Positions 48,020-57,865 of a DNA stretch of 64,000 bases are shown here, piece by piece; the first letter of the stretch is position 1; each line of letters starts with the position of its first letter. Origin of the DNA: Acidobacteriota bacterium (GTDB lineage: Bacteria; Acidobacteriota; Terriglobia; 20CM-2-55-15); contig JAJEEE010000077.1 of the NCBI GenBank assembly GCA_022821145.1, positions 24,795 through 88,794 of the forward strand. The letters run 5' to 3'. Made by a program: the position numbers and the translations under genes. The notes under the pieces were generated by a model that saw nothing but the letters and a program-made list of their open reading frames with translations, was not told the DNA's origin and searched no databases.

Positions 48020-48679
48020 ATGAAGATACTGGCCATCGACACCAGCTCCGACCATGGCAGTGCGGTGATCCGGTTCGGAGACGCCGTCCGCGCCGAGGCG
48101 CGCTCCGAAACCGCGCTGCAGCACTCCCAACACCTCTTCGGATCGCTCGATCGCCTGTTCGCCCGCGCGGGGATCGGGTTGGGCGACATCGACGTCTTCG
48201 CGGCCGCGCGCGGCCCCGGCGCGTTCACGGGACTGCGGATCGGCATGGCCGCGGTGGAGGGATTGGCGTTCGCGACACGGAAGCGGGCCGTCGGGGTCTC
48301 GACGCTGCGGGCGCTGGCCTGGGCCGCCGGACCGAGGGAAGGACACGTCGCGCCGGTCCTGGACGCCCGGCGCGGCGAGGTCTACGGCGCCGTGTTCGAG
48401 CGGCGACGCGGCGAGCTCGTGGAAGTCGCGCCGCCGGCCGTCGGGCGGCCCTCGACGTGGATCGAGTCGGTGTCCGGCGGCCGGACGACGTTCTGCGGTC
48501 CCGGCGCCGGGATGTGCCGGGACTGGATCCGGCGCCATGATCCGTGGGACATCGTGGACGTCGGGCCGTACCTGGCCGGGTCGATCGCGGCCCTGGCGGC
48601 CATGGACGACGCGGAACCGTGCGAGCCTCTCTACATTCGCCCCACGAGCGCCGAGACCCAGCGCTCGATGCGACGATGA
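48020..48679 (+). CDS. tsaB: tRNA threonylcarbamoyladenosine biosynthesis protein TsaB
   Basis: MKILAIDTSSDHGSAVI...RGPGAFTGLRIGMAAVEGLA is a canonical TsaB/YeaZ. This is the real gene at the C-terminus of track ORF 45467..48679. Confidence 0.8.
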   Translation: MKILAIDTSSDHGSAVIRFGDAVRAEARSETALQHSQHLFGSLDRLFARAGIGLGDIDVFAAARGPGAFTGLRIGMAAVEGLAFATRKRAVGVSTLRALAWAAGPREGHVAPVLDARRGEVYGAVFERRRGELVEVAPPAVGRPSTWIESVSGGRTTFCGPGAGMCRDWIRRHDPWDIVDVGPYLAGSIAALAAMDDAEPCEPLYIRPTSAETQRSMRR

Positions 48680-49158
48680 AGACGTCGTCCGTCACCGTCC
48701 GGTTCGCCGACAGGCAAGACATGGACCGGATCATCGAAATCGAGCGTTCATGGGTCCACCTGTCCCACTGGTCCCTGGACGCGTATCGCCGTCTGTTGAA
48801 CGAGGGCAGCCTGACGACGAGCCTCGTCGCCGAGTCCGAGGGCCTGGACCCCGGCGCGCGGCCGTCGGGCCGGATCGTGGGCTTCGTCATATTCCACGCG
48901 ACGGAGAGCACGGCCGAGATCTACAACATCGCGGTGGAGCGCGGACATGCGCGGCTGGGTGTCGGGAGCGCGTTGATGCGGAGCGTGATCGAGCGCGCGC
49001 GCGACGACGGCTCGCGCAAGCTGACTCTGGAAGTCCGGAAGTCCAATACCGGCGCGATCCGCTTCTATCAGGCGTTCGGGTTCGCCATCACGGGCGAGCG
49101 TCCCCGGTACTATTCGAATCCCGTCGAGGACGCGTACCTGATGGAACGGGACTTGTAG
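48676..49158 (+). CDS. rimI: ribosomal-protein-alanine N-acetyltransferase (GNAT)
   Basis: IYNIAVERGHARLGVGSALMRSVIERARDDGSRKLTLEVRKSNTGAIRFYQAFGF is the GNAT core. Coupled to tsaB by an ATGA overlap, as in many bacteria. Confidence 0.8.
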   Translation: MKTSSVTVRFADRQDMDRIIEIERSWVHLSHWSLDAYRRLLNEGSLTTSLVAESEGLDPGARPSGRIVGFVIFHATESTAEIYNIAVERGHARLGVGSALMRSVIERARDDGSRKLTLEVRKSNTGAIRFYQAFGFAITGERPRYYSNPVEDAYLMERDL

Positions 49159-49443
49159 CCGGGCGCGGCGTCCCTCGCCGCGACCGGACAAGGCGGCGAC
49201 ACCCGCCGCGTCAGTCCCGGAAAACGATCCCTTCGTTTCCGTCCGCACGTGCGCAGCCGAGATCGGGCCGTGTTGAACCGATTTCCGGCTGCACCGACAC
49301 ACTGACGACGCACGACGCCGGCGCGGCGCGGGAAAGTCCGGGCCCCGTCCCGGTTGGGATTGAACCGCCTCGAAATCGTGTGCTACGGTTGCGGGCGTGA
49401 GCCATCCGCAAAACCTGTCCGTCGACCAGCCAAGGAGCCGCGC

Positions 49444-49686
49444 ATGACGCAATACGAGGAAATCAAGGAACATCTGATCTCCACCGATCCGGACTTCCGG
49501 CGCCTCGTGCACGAACATCATTCCTACGAGGCGAAGCTTCGAGTGCTCAGCGGAAATTCGCGCATCACGGACGAGCAGCAGATCGAAGCGACGACGCTCA
49601 AGAAAAAGAAGCTGAATCTGAAGGATCGCATGAACCGGATGATCCAGGACTACCGGAACCGGCACGCCGCGACCCAGCACTCCTGA
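49444..49686 (+). CDS. DUF465 (YdcH-like) small protein
   Basis: 80 aa, MTQYEEIKEHLISTDPDFRRLVHEHHSYEAKLRVLSGNS...LKKKKLNLKDRMNRMIQ matches the conserved DUF465 pattern (E. coli YdcH-like). Confidence 0.65.
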   Translation: MTQYEEIKEHLISTDPDFRRLVHEHHSYEAKLRVLSGNSRITDEQQIEATTLKKKKLNLKDRMNRMIQDYRNRHAATQHS

Positions 49687-49810
49687 TCCTCGCGGAGCCG
49701 GGAAGCGGCCCCGCTTCCGGCGCGGATCCCGAACCCCGAGTCGCGCTCTCCCGGGATGTATCTCCGGGATATGGATAAATGCCCGCGTTCTGCGCTACCC
49801 TCCCGACAGG

Positions 49811-50434
49811 ATGGCACGAGACGGACTCTACTTTCTGGCGCCGCTGGCGGCGGCGGCCGGCGGCGCGGCCTGGGCGGGATGGTCGGCCGCCGCGTGGGCG
49901 CTGGCCGCGCTCGCGCTGCTCGTCGCGTTCTTCTTTCGCGATCCCCCGCGCGTCATCCCCTCCGGGCCCGGAATCGTGGTCGCTCCGGCCGACGGGAGAG
50001 TCGTCGGAATCGAGTCCGATGGCGCCGCGACGCGCGTCAGCATTTTCCTGTCGATCTTCAACGTCCACGTGAACAGGTCACCCATCGCCGGACGGGTGCG
50101 GAACGTCGAATACCGCAAGGGACGGTTCCGGGCGGCGTTCATCGAGCAGGCCAGCGCCGAGAACGAGCGGAACACGCTGACGATCGAAGGGCAGGGCGTC
50201 CGCGTCGAGTGTTCGCAGATCGCCGGACTCGTCGCGCGGCGTATCGTGTGCCGGACCCGGACCGGCGATACGCTGGGGCGGGGCGAGCGTTTCGGTCTCA
50301 TTCGCTTCGGGTCGCGCGTCGATGTCCGTCTGCCTCCGGGCGTCGAGGTCCGGGTGCGGGTCGGCGACACGATCTACGGGGGCGCCTCGGTGATCGGCCG
50401 GATCACGGCCGAAGCGCGGGAGGGGACGGCGTGA
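49811..50434 (+). CDS. psd: phosphatidylserine decarboxylase (small archaeal/bacterial-type PSD proenzyme)
   Basis: N-terminal TM anchor, then VVAPADGRVVGIE...IFLSIFNVHVNRSPIAGRV...FGSRVDV (PSD family, includes the G-S autoprocessing site region). Confidence 0.8.
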   Translation: MARDGLYFLAPLAAAAGGAAWAGWSAAAWALAALALLVAFFFRDPPRVIPSGPGIVVAPADGRVVGIESDGAATRVSIFLSIFNVHVNRSPIAGRVRNVEYRKGRFRAAFIEQASAENERNTLTIEGQGVRVECSQIAGLVARRIVCRTRTGDTLGRGERFGLIRFGSRVDVRLPPGVEVRVRVGDTIYGGASVIGRITAEAREGTA

Positions 50435-51264
50435 CCCCGCGATTCCGCGACCGTCCCCGCGTCCGTACGGGACTCTCCGTCGTTCCGAGCCTGTTCACGA
50501 TAGGCAACATGTTCGCCGGTTACTTCTCGCTCGCCTCGACGATGAGCGGCAACTATGACGCCGCGGCCATCGCGATCTTCGTGGGCGCGGTGCTCGACAC
50601 GCTCGACGGAAGGATCGCCCGGTTGACGGGAACGGCGAGCGAGTTCGGCACGCAACTGGATTCCCTGGCCGACCTGTTAACCTTCGGCGTCGCCCCCGCG
50701 GTGCTGGCCCTGAACTGGGGCCTGAGTTCGCTTCGGGACGCTCCCGGCGAGATCTTCCAGGACCTCTACAACCTGGGATGGCTGGCCACGTTCGGCTTCG
50801 TCGTCGCGGGCGCGCTCCGGCTGGCCCGCTTCAACCTGCTGACGCTGAAGCCAAGCGACACGCCGGCCTCCAAGAGGCACTTCGTCGGCTTGCCGACGCC
50901 GGCGGCGGCGGGCGTCATCGCCGCGGTCGTCCATTTCCACAAGGCGCCGGTCACCCAGGTCGCATGGGCCGAGCTATGGTCCATCCTGATCGCCGTGCTC
51001 TCGTTCCTGATGATCAGCACCGTGCGCTATCCCAGCTTCAAGGACGTGGATCTCAAGAAGCCTCTGCCGAGATCGGCGCTCCTGGGTTGCGCGTTGCTGA
51101 TCGGGTTGGTGCTGCTGTATTCGGAGCTCACGCTGCTGATTCTCGCGTTCCTGTACGTGGGATCCCGGCCCGCCGCGCGCATCGTCGGCGCCGTTCGCGC
51201 GCGCATCGCCCGGGGGCGGGAGACCACCGGCCGCGGCGCCGAACCGCACGGAGGCCGTTCGTGA
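50431..51264 (+). CDS. pssA: CDP-diacylglycerol--serine O-phosphatidyltransferase
   Basis: VPSLFTIGNMFAGYFSL...DTLDGRIARLTGTASEFGTQLDSLADLLTFGVAPA is the CDP-alcohol phosphatidyltransferase D-G-x2-A-R...G-x3-D-x3-D motif. The GTG start overlaps the psd stop as GTGA. Confidence 0.85.
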   Translation: MTPRFRDRPRVRTGLSVVPSLFTIGNMFAGYFSLASTMSGNYDAAAIAIFVGAVLDTLDGRIARLTGTASEFGTQLDSLADLLTFGVAPAVLALNWGLSSLRDAPGEIFQDLYNLGWLATFGFVVAGALRLARFNLLTLKPSDTPASKRHFVGLPTPAAAGVIAAVVHFHKAPVTQVAWAELWSILIAVLSFLMISTVRYPSFKDVDLKKPLPRSALLGCALLIGLVLLYSELTLLILAFLYVGSRPAARIVGAVRARIARGRETTGRGAEPHGGRS

Positions 51265-52238
51265 ACACGGCCCCGGCCCCGGCGCCGGCTCCGAGAATCG
51301 CGATCGTCGGGTCCACCTCCCCCCTCGGAAAGGAACTTCGGCGTGTGCTGGAGGAATGGCCCGCGCCGTGGCGGCTCGCCATGCTCGAGACGGACGCCTA
51401 CGCCGGCCTGCTTCAAGAATTCGGGGGCGAAATCGAGATCGTGCAGGTGATATCCCCCGAGCGGCTGGAGGACGCCGACGTCGCCGTGTTCGCCTGTTCG
51501 CCGGAACTCCTGGACCGCTACATCGAACTCGGAGCGTACCTGCCGCCGGTGACGCTGGACCTGACGGGCGGACCGCGCGACGGGCCCGTGTTCGTCGACG
51601 GCGTTTCGCGGCCGCGCCCATCGCGTACGCCGGAAACGATCATCGCGCCGCGCGGCGATACGGTCGTCATCGCGCGCGTCCTGGACCGGCTCCACGGCGC
51701 GGCGGGCGTGGACGGCTGCGAGGCCACGATCCTGGAATCGGCGTCCGAGCGCGGCGGCGCCGCGATGGATCGACTTCAGGAAGAGACCGTTCAGGTTCTC
51801 AACTTCAATCCGGGCGCGGAGACATCGAGCCAACAGGCCTTCAACATCCTGGGTCCGGACAGCGCCTCCGACGGCCGGGCGGCGCGGATCGCCCGGCAAA
51901 TCGGATCGGTTTCCCGCAACGGCTGTCCCGCGCCCGCCATCCAGATCGTCTCGGTGCCCGTCTTTCAGGGCGGAGCCATCTCGATGCATGTGCGGCTGCG
52001 GGAAGAGCTCACGGCCGACGAGCTCGAACGGCTGCTGACCACCGACTCGATGAGGGTGCGGTCCGAGGCCGCGCGCACGCCCCTGGAGGCCCTGGGCAGC
52101 GCCGACATCCACCTGTCCAGCGTCCGCGAGGCCGCCGGCGACAACGCGTTCTGGATGTGGATCGTGACCGACAACCTGCGGGTCGCGGCCGCCAACGCCG
52201 TCCGGCTGATCCGGAACGCGACCTCCACGCCTTCATGA
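51261..52238 (+). CDS. usg: USG-1 family protein (aspartate-semialdehyde dehydrogenase paralog lacking the catalytic Cys)
   Basis: Rossmann N-terminus RIAIVGSTSPLGKEL. The Asd active-site block IIANPNCSTI is replaced by IIAPRGDTVV. C-terminal blocks VSVPVFQGGAISMHV and AFWMWIVTDNLRVAAANAVRLI match E. coli USG-1 ([35 protein letters not shown]). The GTG start overlaps the pssA stop as GTGA. Confidence 0.7.
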   Translation: MNTAPAPAPAPRIAIVGSTSPLGKELRRVLEEWPAPWRLAMLETDAYAGLLQEFGGEIEIVQVISPERLEDADVAVFACSPELLDRYIELGAYLPPVTLDLTGGPRDGPVFVDGVSRPRPSRTPETIIAPRGDTVVIARVLDRLHGAAGVDGCEATILESASERGGAAMDRLQEETVQVLNFNPGAETSSQQAFNILGPDSASDGRAARIARQIGSVSRNGCPAPAIQIVSVPVFQGGAISMHVRLREELTADELERLLTTDSMRVRSEAARTPLEALGSADIHLSSVREAAGDNAFWMWIVTDNLRVAAANAVRLIRNATSTPS

Positions 52239-52849
52239 AACCGGCCTCGCATCATCTCGCGGCCGGCCTCCGATCGGCCGGCCGCCGGTTCCATTACGTG
52301 TTGCTGGACCTGGTCTTCCAGGGCGCTTTCGGCGTCATCGCCCTGACGCTGCTCGTGCTCGCGTTCCTGGCGTTCCTGGCCCGCGCGCCCGTGGACGCGG
52401 GAACCGGCGCCGCCCTCGCCACGCTCCCGCCGCCGGCGGCGCTCGCCGCCGTCCGTTCGCTCGTCGAGAACGGGGACCTGCTGGCGCGATGGCTGATCGG
52501 GGCCGGCCTGGCTTCGATGCTGATCTGGACCGTCGGCGAAGCCCTCGTGCGTGGCGGCCTGCTCCCGGAAACGCGCAACACGCTGATTCGGGACGCGTTC
52601 GCTCATTTCCCGCTCTACCTGATGACCGGGGCGTTGCGACGTTTCGTGCTTCTTTCCGTGGGAATCGTCATTGGACTGATCGCGCTGGGACCTCTCCTGG
52701 CAGCCCCCGTGGAAGAATGGGGAAGCCGTTGGCCGGCTGCGCGGTGGCCCGTCGTCGCCGGCGCCTGTCTGGTCGGCCTGAGCGCGGGTCACAGCTTCCT
52801 GCTTCTGGCGAGGTATTCGGCCATTGGCACAATGCGGCGCGATCCCTGA
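52235..52849 (+). CDS. hypothetical membrane protein
   Basis: 204 aa with ~5 predicted TM helices. The ATG overlaps the usg stop as ATGA. No family recognised. Confidence 0.5.
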   Translation: MKPASHHLAAGLRSAGRRFHYVLLDLVFQGAFGVIALTLLVLAFLAFLARAPVDAGTGAALATLPPPAALAAVRSLVENGDLLARWLIGAGLASMLIWTVGEALVRGGLLPETRNTLIRDAFAHFPLYLMTGALRRFVLLSVGIVIGLIALGPLLAAPVEEWGSRWPAARWPVVAGACLVGLSAGHSFLLLARYSAIGTMRRDP

Positions 52850-52871
52850 ACCGGTCGGAGCAGGCAACAAG

Positions 52872-54404
52872 ATGTCGGCGGACTCCGAGTCCATTCTCAT
52901 CCTCGACTTCGGCTCGCAGTACACCCAACTGATCGGGCGGCGCATCCGCGAATCCCACGTGTACTCGGAGATCGTGCCGTTCCATACGCCGCCCGAGGCG
53001 CTGCGGCAACGCAACCCCAAGGGACTGATCCTTTCCGGCGGACCGATGTCCGTCTACGACGCGGACGCGCCGGACTGCGACCCCGACGTCTTCGACATGG
53101 GTGTCCCGTTGCTGGGCATCTGCTACGGAATGTTCCTGATCGCGAAGCACATGGGCGGCCGCGTCTCTCCCGCTCCGGCCCGCGAGTACGGCTCGGGCAC
53201 GCTGGAACGATCGGGACCGTCGGTCCTGCTCGACGGCATGGAGCGCGTCTGGATGAGTCACGGCGACCGCATTCTGGAGCCGCCCCCCGGTTTCGGCGTC
53301 ACCGCGATGAGCGAATCGACGATCGCCGCGATCGAGGACCCGGACCGCAAGTTGTTCGGGCTCCAGTTCCATCCGGAGGTGGCGCACACCGAACACGGGT
53401 CGGAACTGCTGGACCGGTTCGTATTCGATGTATGCAAATGCAATGGATCATGGTCATTAGGATCTTTTCTTAATGAAGAAGTTGAAAGAATCCGCGAGCG
53501 CGTCCGCGACGGCCGCGTGCTCTGTGCGCTCAGCGGGGGCGTAGACTCGACCGTCGCCGCGTCGATGGTTTCCCGCGCCGTGGGCGATCAGCTCCAGTGC
53601 GTTTTCGTCGACACCGGACTGCTGCGGAAGAACGAATTCGCCAAGGTCCTGGACACGCTGCGCGACAAGCTGCGCCTGAGGGTGCACGGCGTGGACGCGT
53701 CCGAGCGCTTTCTGAACCTCCTCGACGGCGTCAGGGATCCGGAGCGGAAACGGAAGATCATCGGCAACGAGTTCATTCGCGTTTTCGAGGACGAGGCCGC
53801 CCGGCTCGGCCGGGTCGATTTCCTGGTCCAGGGAACGCTGTATCCCGACGTGATCGAGTCCGTTTCGGTTCGCGGCCCGTCGGAGACCATCAAGTCGCAC
53901 CACAACGTCGGCGGTCTGCCCGAAACCATGAACCTGAAGCTGATCGAACCCCTCCGGGAGTTGTTCAAGGACGAGGTGCGCACGATCGGCGCCGCGATGG
54001 GCCTGCCCGACGACTTGATCTGGCGACAACCGTTCCCGGGGCCCGGGCTGGCGATCCGCATCATGGGGGAGATCACGCCGGACAACATCCGGATCCTGCA
54101 GGAGGCCGACCACATCCTGGTCGGCGAGATCAAGGACGCGGGCCTGTACCGCGAGCTCTGGCAGTCCTTCGCGGTCCTGCTTCCCATTCGCAGCGTCGGC
54201 GTGATGGGGGATCAACGGACCTACGAGTACACGATCGCGATTCGAGCCGTGACCAGCGTCGACGGCATGACGGCGGATTGGGCGCGGCTGCCGTACGACG
54301 TGCTCGGCCGCATCGCCAACCGGATCGTCAACGAAGTGCGCGGGGTCAACCGCGTGGTCTACGACGTCACCTCCAAGCCTCCGGGAACGATCGAATGGGA
54401 GTAG
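52872..54404 (+). CDS. guaA: GMP synthase (glutamine-hydrolysing)
   Basis: [20 protein letters not shown] (GATase) ... [14 protein letters not shown] (PP-loop) ... C-terminal dimerisation domain ending TIEWE. The start is trimmed to ATG 52872. Confidence 0.9.
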   Translation: MSADSESILILDFGSQYTQLIGRRIRESHVYSEIVPFHTPPEALRQRNPKGLILSGGPMSVYDADAPDCDPDVFDMGVPLLGICYGMFLIAKHMGGRVSPAPAREYGSGTLERSGPSVLLDGMERVWMSHGDRILEPPPGFGVTAMSESTIAAIEDPDRKLFGLQFHPEVAHTEHGSELLDRFVFDVCKCNGSWSLGSFLNEEVERIRERVRDGRVLCALSGGVDSTVAASMVSRAVGDQLQCVFVDTGLLRKNEFAKVLDTLRDKLRLRVHGVDASERFLNLLDGVRDPERKRKIIGNEFIRVFEDEAARLGRVDFLVQGTLYPDVIESVSVRGPSETIKSHHNVGGLPETMNLKLIEPLRELFKDEVRTIGAAMGLPDDLIWRQPFPGPGLAIRIMGEITPDNIRILQEADHILVGEIKDAGLYRELWQSFAVLLPIRSVGVMGDQRTYEYTIAIRAVTSVDGMTADWARLPYDVLGRIANRIVNEVRGVNRVVYDVTSKPPGTIEWE

Positions 54405-57400
54405 GCGCCCGGGCCCGTGACCCGAACTTCGTACACCTCCACCTGCACTCGGGATACAGCCTGCTCGACGGCGCCTGCGACCACGAACGTCTGGCGGAAA
54501 CGGCGGCCCGGTACGCGATGCCGGCGGTTGCCGTCACCGATCACGGGAACCTGTTCGGCGCCGTGGGCTTCTACCGGGCGGCCCGCAAGCACGGCGTCAA
54601 ACCGATCATCGGTTGCGAAGCGTACGTGGCCCCGACGTCGCGCCACGACCGGGATCCGCGGACCGGGCGGCCGCATCACCTGGTCCTTCTCTGCGAGAAC
54701 GAAACCGGGTACCGAAACCTGATCCAACTGGTGTCCGCGTCGTACCTGGAGGGCTTCTACCGCAAGCCGCGAATCGACAAGGAGCTGCTGGCCTCCCATG
54801 GCCGAGGCCTGATCGCGCTGTCCGGATGCCTCAGCGGCGAAGTGTCCTCCGAATTGCTCGCCGGGCGACACGATGCGGCCGAAACGGCCGCCGCCGAGCT
54901 GGGAGACATCTTCGGCAAGGACGGTTTTTTCCTGGAGGTGCAGGACCACGGGCTGACGCGCCAGCGGGAGATCGTTCCGGAGCTTCTCCGGATCGCGGAC
55001 CGGACCGGGCTGCCCGCCATCGCAACCAACGACTGTCACTACATGGAACAGGACGACGCCCGCGCGCACGACGTGCTGCTCTGCATCCAGACGGGAAAGA
55101 CGGTGCACCAGCCCAACCGGATGAAGTTCTACACCGACCAGTTCTACTTCAAGTCGCACGAGGACATGCAGCGCGTGTTCGGCGACCGACCGGAGCTGCT
55201 CTCCCGCACGCTCGACATCGCCGAGCGCTGCCAACTGGAGCTCGAGCCGATCGAGACGCCGTTTCCGGAATTCGAGGTGCCGGCGGGCTACGACACCGAT
55301 TCCTACTTCGAGAAGGTGGTCCGGGACGGCTTCGGCGAGCGCCTCGAGCAATTGCGGCCGCTGGCCGACGCCCGCCGCCTGGCGCATTCCATCGCCGAAT
55401 ACGAAGACCGGCTCGAGAACGAGATCGGGATCATCCAGGGCATGCGGTATTCGGGCTACTTCCTCGTCGTGTGGGACCTGGTTCGATACTCCCGCGAGAA
55501 CGCGATACCGGTGGGACCCGGGCGCGGCTCGGCGGCCGGCAGCCTGGTCGCCTACGCGATGCGGATCACCGACATCGATCCGCTGCAGTACGGGTTGCTG
55601 TTCGAGCGGTTCCTGAACCCGCAGCGGGTCACGCTGCCCGACATCGACATCGACTTCTGCATGAACCGCCGTGGGGAAGTGATCGATTACGTCACCGAGA
55701 AATACGGCCGGGAGCGCGTGTCGCAGATCATCACGTTCGGCACCATGGCGGCGCGCGGCGTCATCCGCGACACCGGCCGCGGTATGCAGATGCCCTTCGC
55801 CGAGGTCGACCGCCTCGCCAAGATGATCCCCGCCGAGCTGGGCATCACGCTGAATCGGGCGCTGGACCAGAGCAAGGAGTTGAAGGAGCGGGTCGACGGC
55901 GATCCGCGAGTCCGCGAAGTCATGGACGTGGCGAGGAAGCTCGAGGGGCTGGCTCGCCACGCCTCCATGCACGCGGCGGGCGTCGTGATCTCGCCGCGGC
56001 CGTTGAGGGAGCTGGTTCCGCTCTACAAGTCGATCAACGACGAGATCATGACGATGTATCCGATGGGCGACGTCGAGAAGATGGGCCTCCTGAAAATGGA
56101 CTTTCTGGCCCTGACGACGCTGACGATCATCGACGACACGCTCAAGATGCTGGAGTCCCGTGAGGGCGTGCGGCTCGACATGGACAATCTCGCGCTCGAC
56201 GACGCCCCGACGTACGCCCTGTTCGCGAACGGCCTGACCCGCGGCGTCTTCCAGTTCGAGAGCGGGGGCATGAAGGACATCCTCCGACGGTTCAAGCCCT
56301 CCAGCATCGAGCACCTGACCGCGTTGAACGCGCTGTATCGGCCCGGCCCGCTCGGCGGCAACATGATCGACGACTTCATCCAGCGAAAGCACGGCCAGAA
56401 GAAGGTCCAGTACGAGCTTCCGGAGCTGGAGGACATCCTGGAAGAGACCTACGGCGTGATCGTGTACCAGGAGCAGGTCATGCAGATCGCCAACCGCGTG
56501 GCCGGGTATTCCCTGGGCGAGGCCGACCTGCTGCAGCGCGCCATGGGCAAGAAGAAGCCCGACGAAATGGCGACGCAACGGGACCGGTTCCTGGAGGGCG
56601 CCCGCGAGAACGGGTTCGACGACGCACGCAAGGTGGCTGTCCTGTTCGACTTGATCACGAAGTTCGCCGGCTACGGCTTCAACAAGTCGCATTCGGCGGC
56701 CTATGCCGTCCTGGCGTACCGGACCGCGTACCTGAAGACCCACTACCCGAACTACTTCATGGCCGCCGTCCTGACCAGCGAGCGCGGGAACACCGAGAAG
56801 ATCGTCACGTACATCAACGAATGCCGCGAGATGGGCATCCCGATTCTGCCGCCCGACGTCAACGCCAGCGACGTCCATTTCACGCCCGATCGCGACGGCA
56901 TCCGTTTCGGTCTGGCTGCGATCAAGAACGTGGGGGAGCCGGCGATCCGGTCCATCGTCGCCGGGAAGCCGTTCCGCTCGGTGTTCGACCTGTGCGAGCG
57001 CGTCGACCTGAGGAGCGTCAACAAACGCGTGCTGGAGAGCCTGATCAAGGCCGGAGCGCTGGACAGTCTCGGACCGGACCGCGCGCGGCTCTTCGGCAGT
57101 GTCGACCGCGCCGTCGAATGGGGACACAGGAAGCAGCACGAAGAGGAAGTCGGGCAGGGGGGCCTGTTCGCCGCGCCCGCGGAGGACGCCGACGGCGGCG
57201 ACATGACGCCGCACGCCGACCCGTGGCCCGAGTCACTTCAACTGGCCTACGAGAAGGAGACGCTCGGTTTCTACATCACGGGTCATCCGTTGCGCCGCCA
57301 CCTGGACGAGATCCGCTCGATCACCGACGTCGGCACGGCGGATCTGACGGGAAGAGCATCCGGTTCCGAGGTGGTCGTCGCCGGAATCGTGTCCCACGTA

Positions 57401-57865
57401 CGGACAAAGCGGACGAAGAAGGGCGACCCGATGGCGGATGTCCTTCTCGAAGACCTGGAGGGGATCGTGGAGGTTCGCGTCTTCCCGGACACGTATGCGA
57501 AGTGCCGGACGACGCTCGTGGCCGACGCGCCCGTCATCGTGAAGGGCCGGCTCGAGAACGACGAGTCGAAGATGCTGATCCTGGCCGCGGAATTCCTGCC
57601 GCTGGACGAGGCGCGCTCCAGGCTGAGCTCGCGCGTGACGGTGGCCATCGACGCGCGGACGGCCCCGGCGGACCTGGCGACGCGGCTCCTTCCGGTGGTC
57701 GAAGCCAAGAACGGCGCCGCCGAGCTGGTGTTCGCGCTCCGGTATCCCCGCCGGGGCACCGTCTTTCTCCGCCCCCACCCCTACCTCAAGGTCCAGCCGG
57801 ACAAGGAGTTCGTGGATTTTGTCGAAGGGATTTGCGGCCCGAATGCGGTAAAGTTCGGCAGATGA
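54395..57865 (+). CDS. dnaE: DNA polymerase III subunit alpha
   Basis: [16 protein letters not shown] (PHP domain), polymerase core and OB-fold regions across ~1156 aa. The ATG at 54395 lies 10 nt inside the guaA 3' end. This is the real gene inside track ORF 53597..57865. Confidence 0.9.
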   Translation: MGVGARARDPNFVHLHLHSGYSLLDGACDHERLAETAARYAMPAVAVTDHGNLFGAVGFYRAARKHGVKPIIGCEAYVAPTSRHDRDPRTGRPHHLVLLCENETGYRNLIQLVSASYLEGFYRKPRIDKELLASHGRGLIALSGCLSGEVSSELLAGRHDAAETAAAELGDIFGKDGFFLEVQDHGLTRQREIVPELLRIADRTGLPAIATNDCHYMEQDDARAHDVLLCIQTGKTVHQPNRMKFYTDQFYFKSHEDMQRVFGDRPELLSRTLDIAERCQLELEPIETPFPEFEVPAGYDTDSYFEKVVRDGFGERLEQLRPLADARRLAHSIAEYEDRLENEIGIIQGMRYSGYFLVVWDLVRYSRENAIPVGPGRGSAAGSLVAYAMRITDIDPLQYGLLFERFLNPQRVTLPDIDIDFCMNRRGEVIDYVTEKYGRERVSQIITFGTMAARGVIRDTGRGMQMPFAEVDRLAKMIPAELGITLNRALDQSKELKERVDGDPRVREVMDVARKLEGLARHASMHAAGVVISPRPLRELVPLYKSINDEIMTMYPMGDVEKMGLLKMDFLALTTLTIIDDTLKMLESREGVRLDMDNLALDDAPTYALFANGLTRGVFQFESGGMKDILRRFKPSSIEHLTALNALYRPGPLGGNMIDDFIQRKHGQKKVQYELPELEDILEETYGVIVYQEQVMQIANRVAGYSLGEADLLQRAMGKKKPDEMATQRDRFLEGARENGFDDARKVAVLFDLITKFAGYGFNKSHSAAYAVLAYRTAYLKTHYPNYFMAAVLTSERGNTEKIVTYINECREMGIPILPPDVNASDVHFTPDRDGIRFGLAAIKNVGEPAIRSIVAGKPFRSVFDLCERVDLRSVNKRVLESLIKAGALDSLGPDRARLFGSVDRAVEWGHRKQHEEEVGQGGLFAAPAEDADGGDMTPHADPWPESLQLAYEKETLGFYITGHPLRRHLDEIRSITDVGTADLTGRASGSEVVVAGIVSHVRTKRTKKGDPMADVLLEDLEGIVEVRVFPDTYAKCRTTLVADAPVIVKGRLENDESKMLILAAEFLPLDEARSRLSSRVTVAIDARTAPADLATRLLPVVEAKNGAAELVFALRYPRRGTVFLRPHPYLKVQPDKEFVDFVEGICGPNAVKFGR

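Noticed and set aside
49331-49343. GGAAAGTCCGGGC, identical to the RNase P RNA P4 motif, suggesting an rnpB gene between rimI and the DUF465 gene
   Set aside because: Downstream sequence lacks the other universally conserved RNase P elements (GGGUGAAA / GGUAAGAGCGCACC region, 3' P4 strand ACAGAACCCGGCUUA). The available space (~110 nt before a well-supported CDS) is far too short for a ~350-nt RNA.
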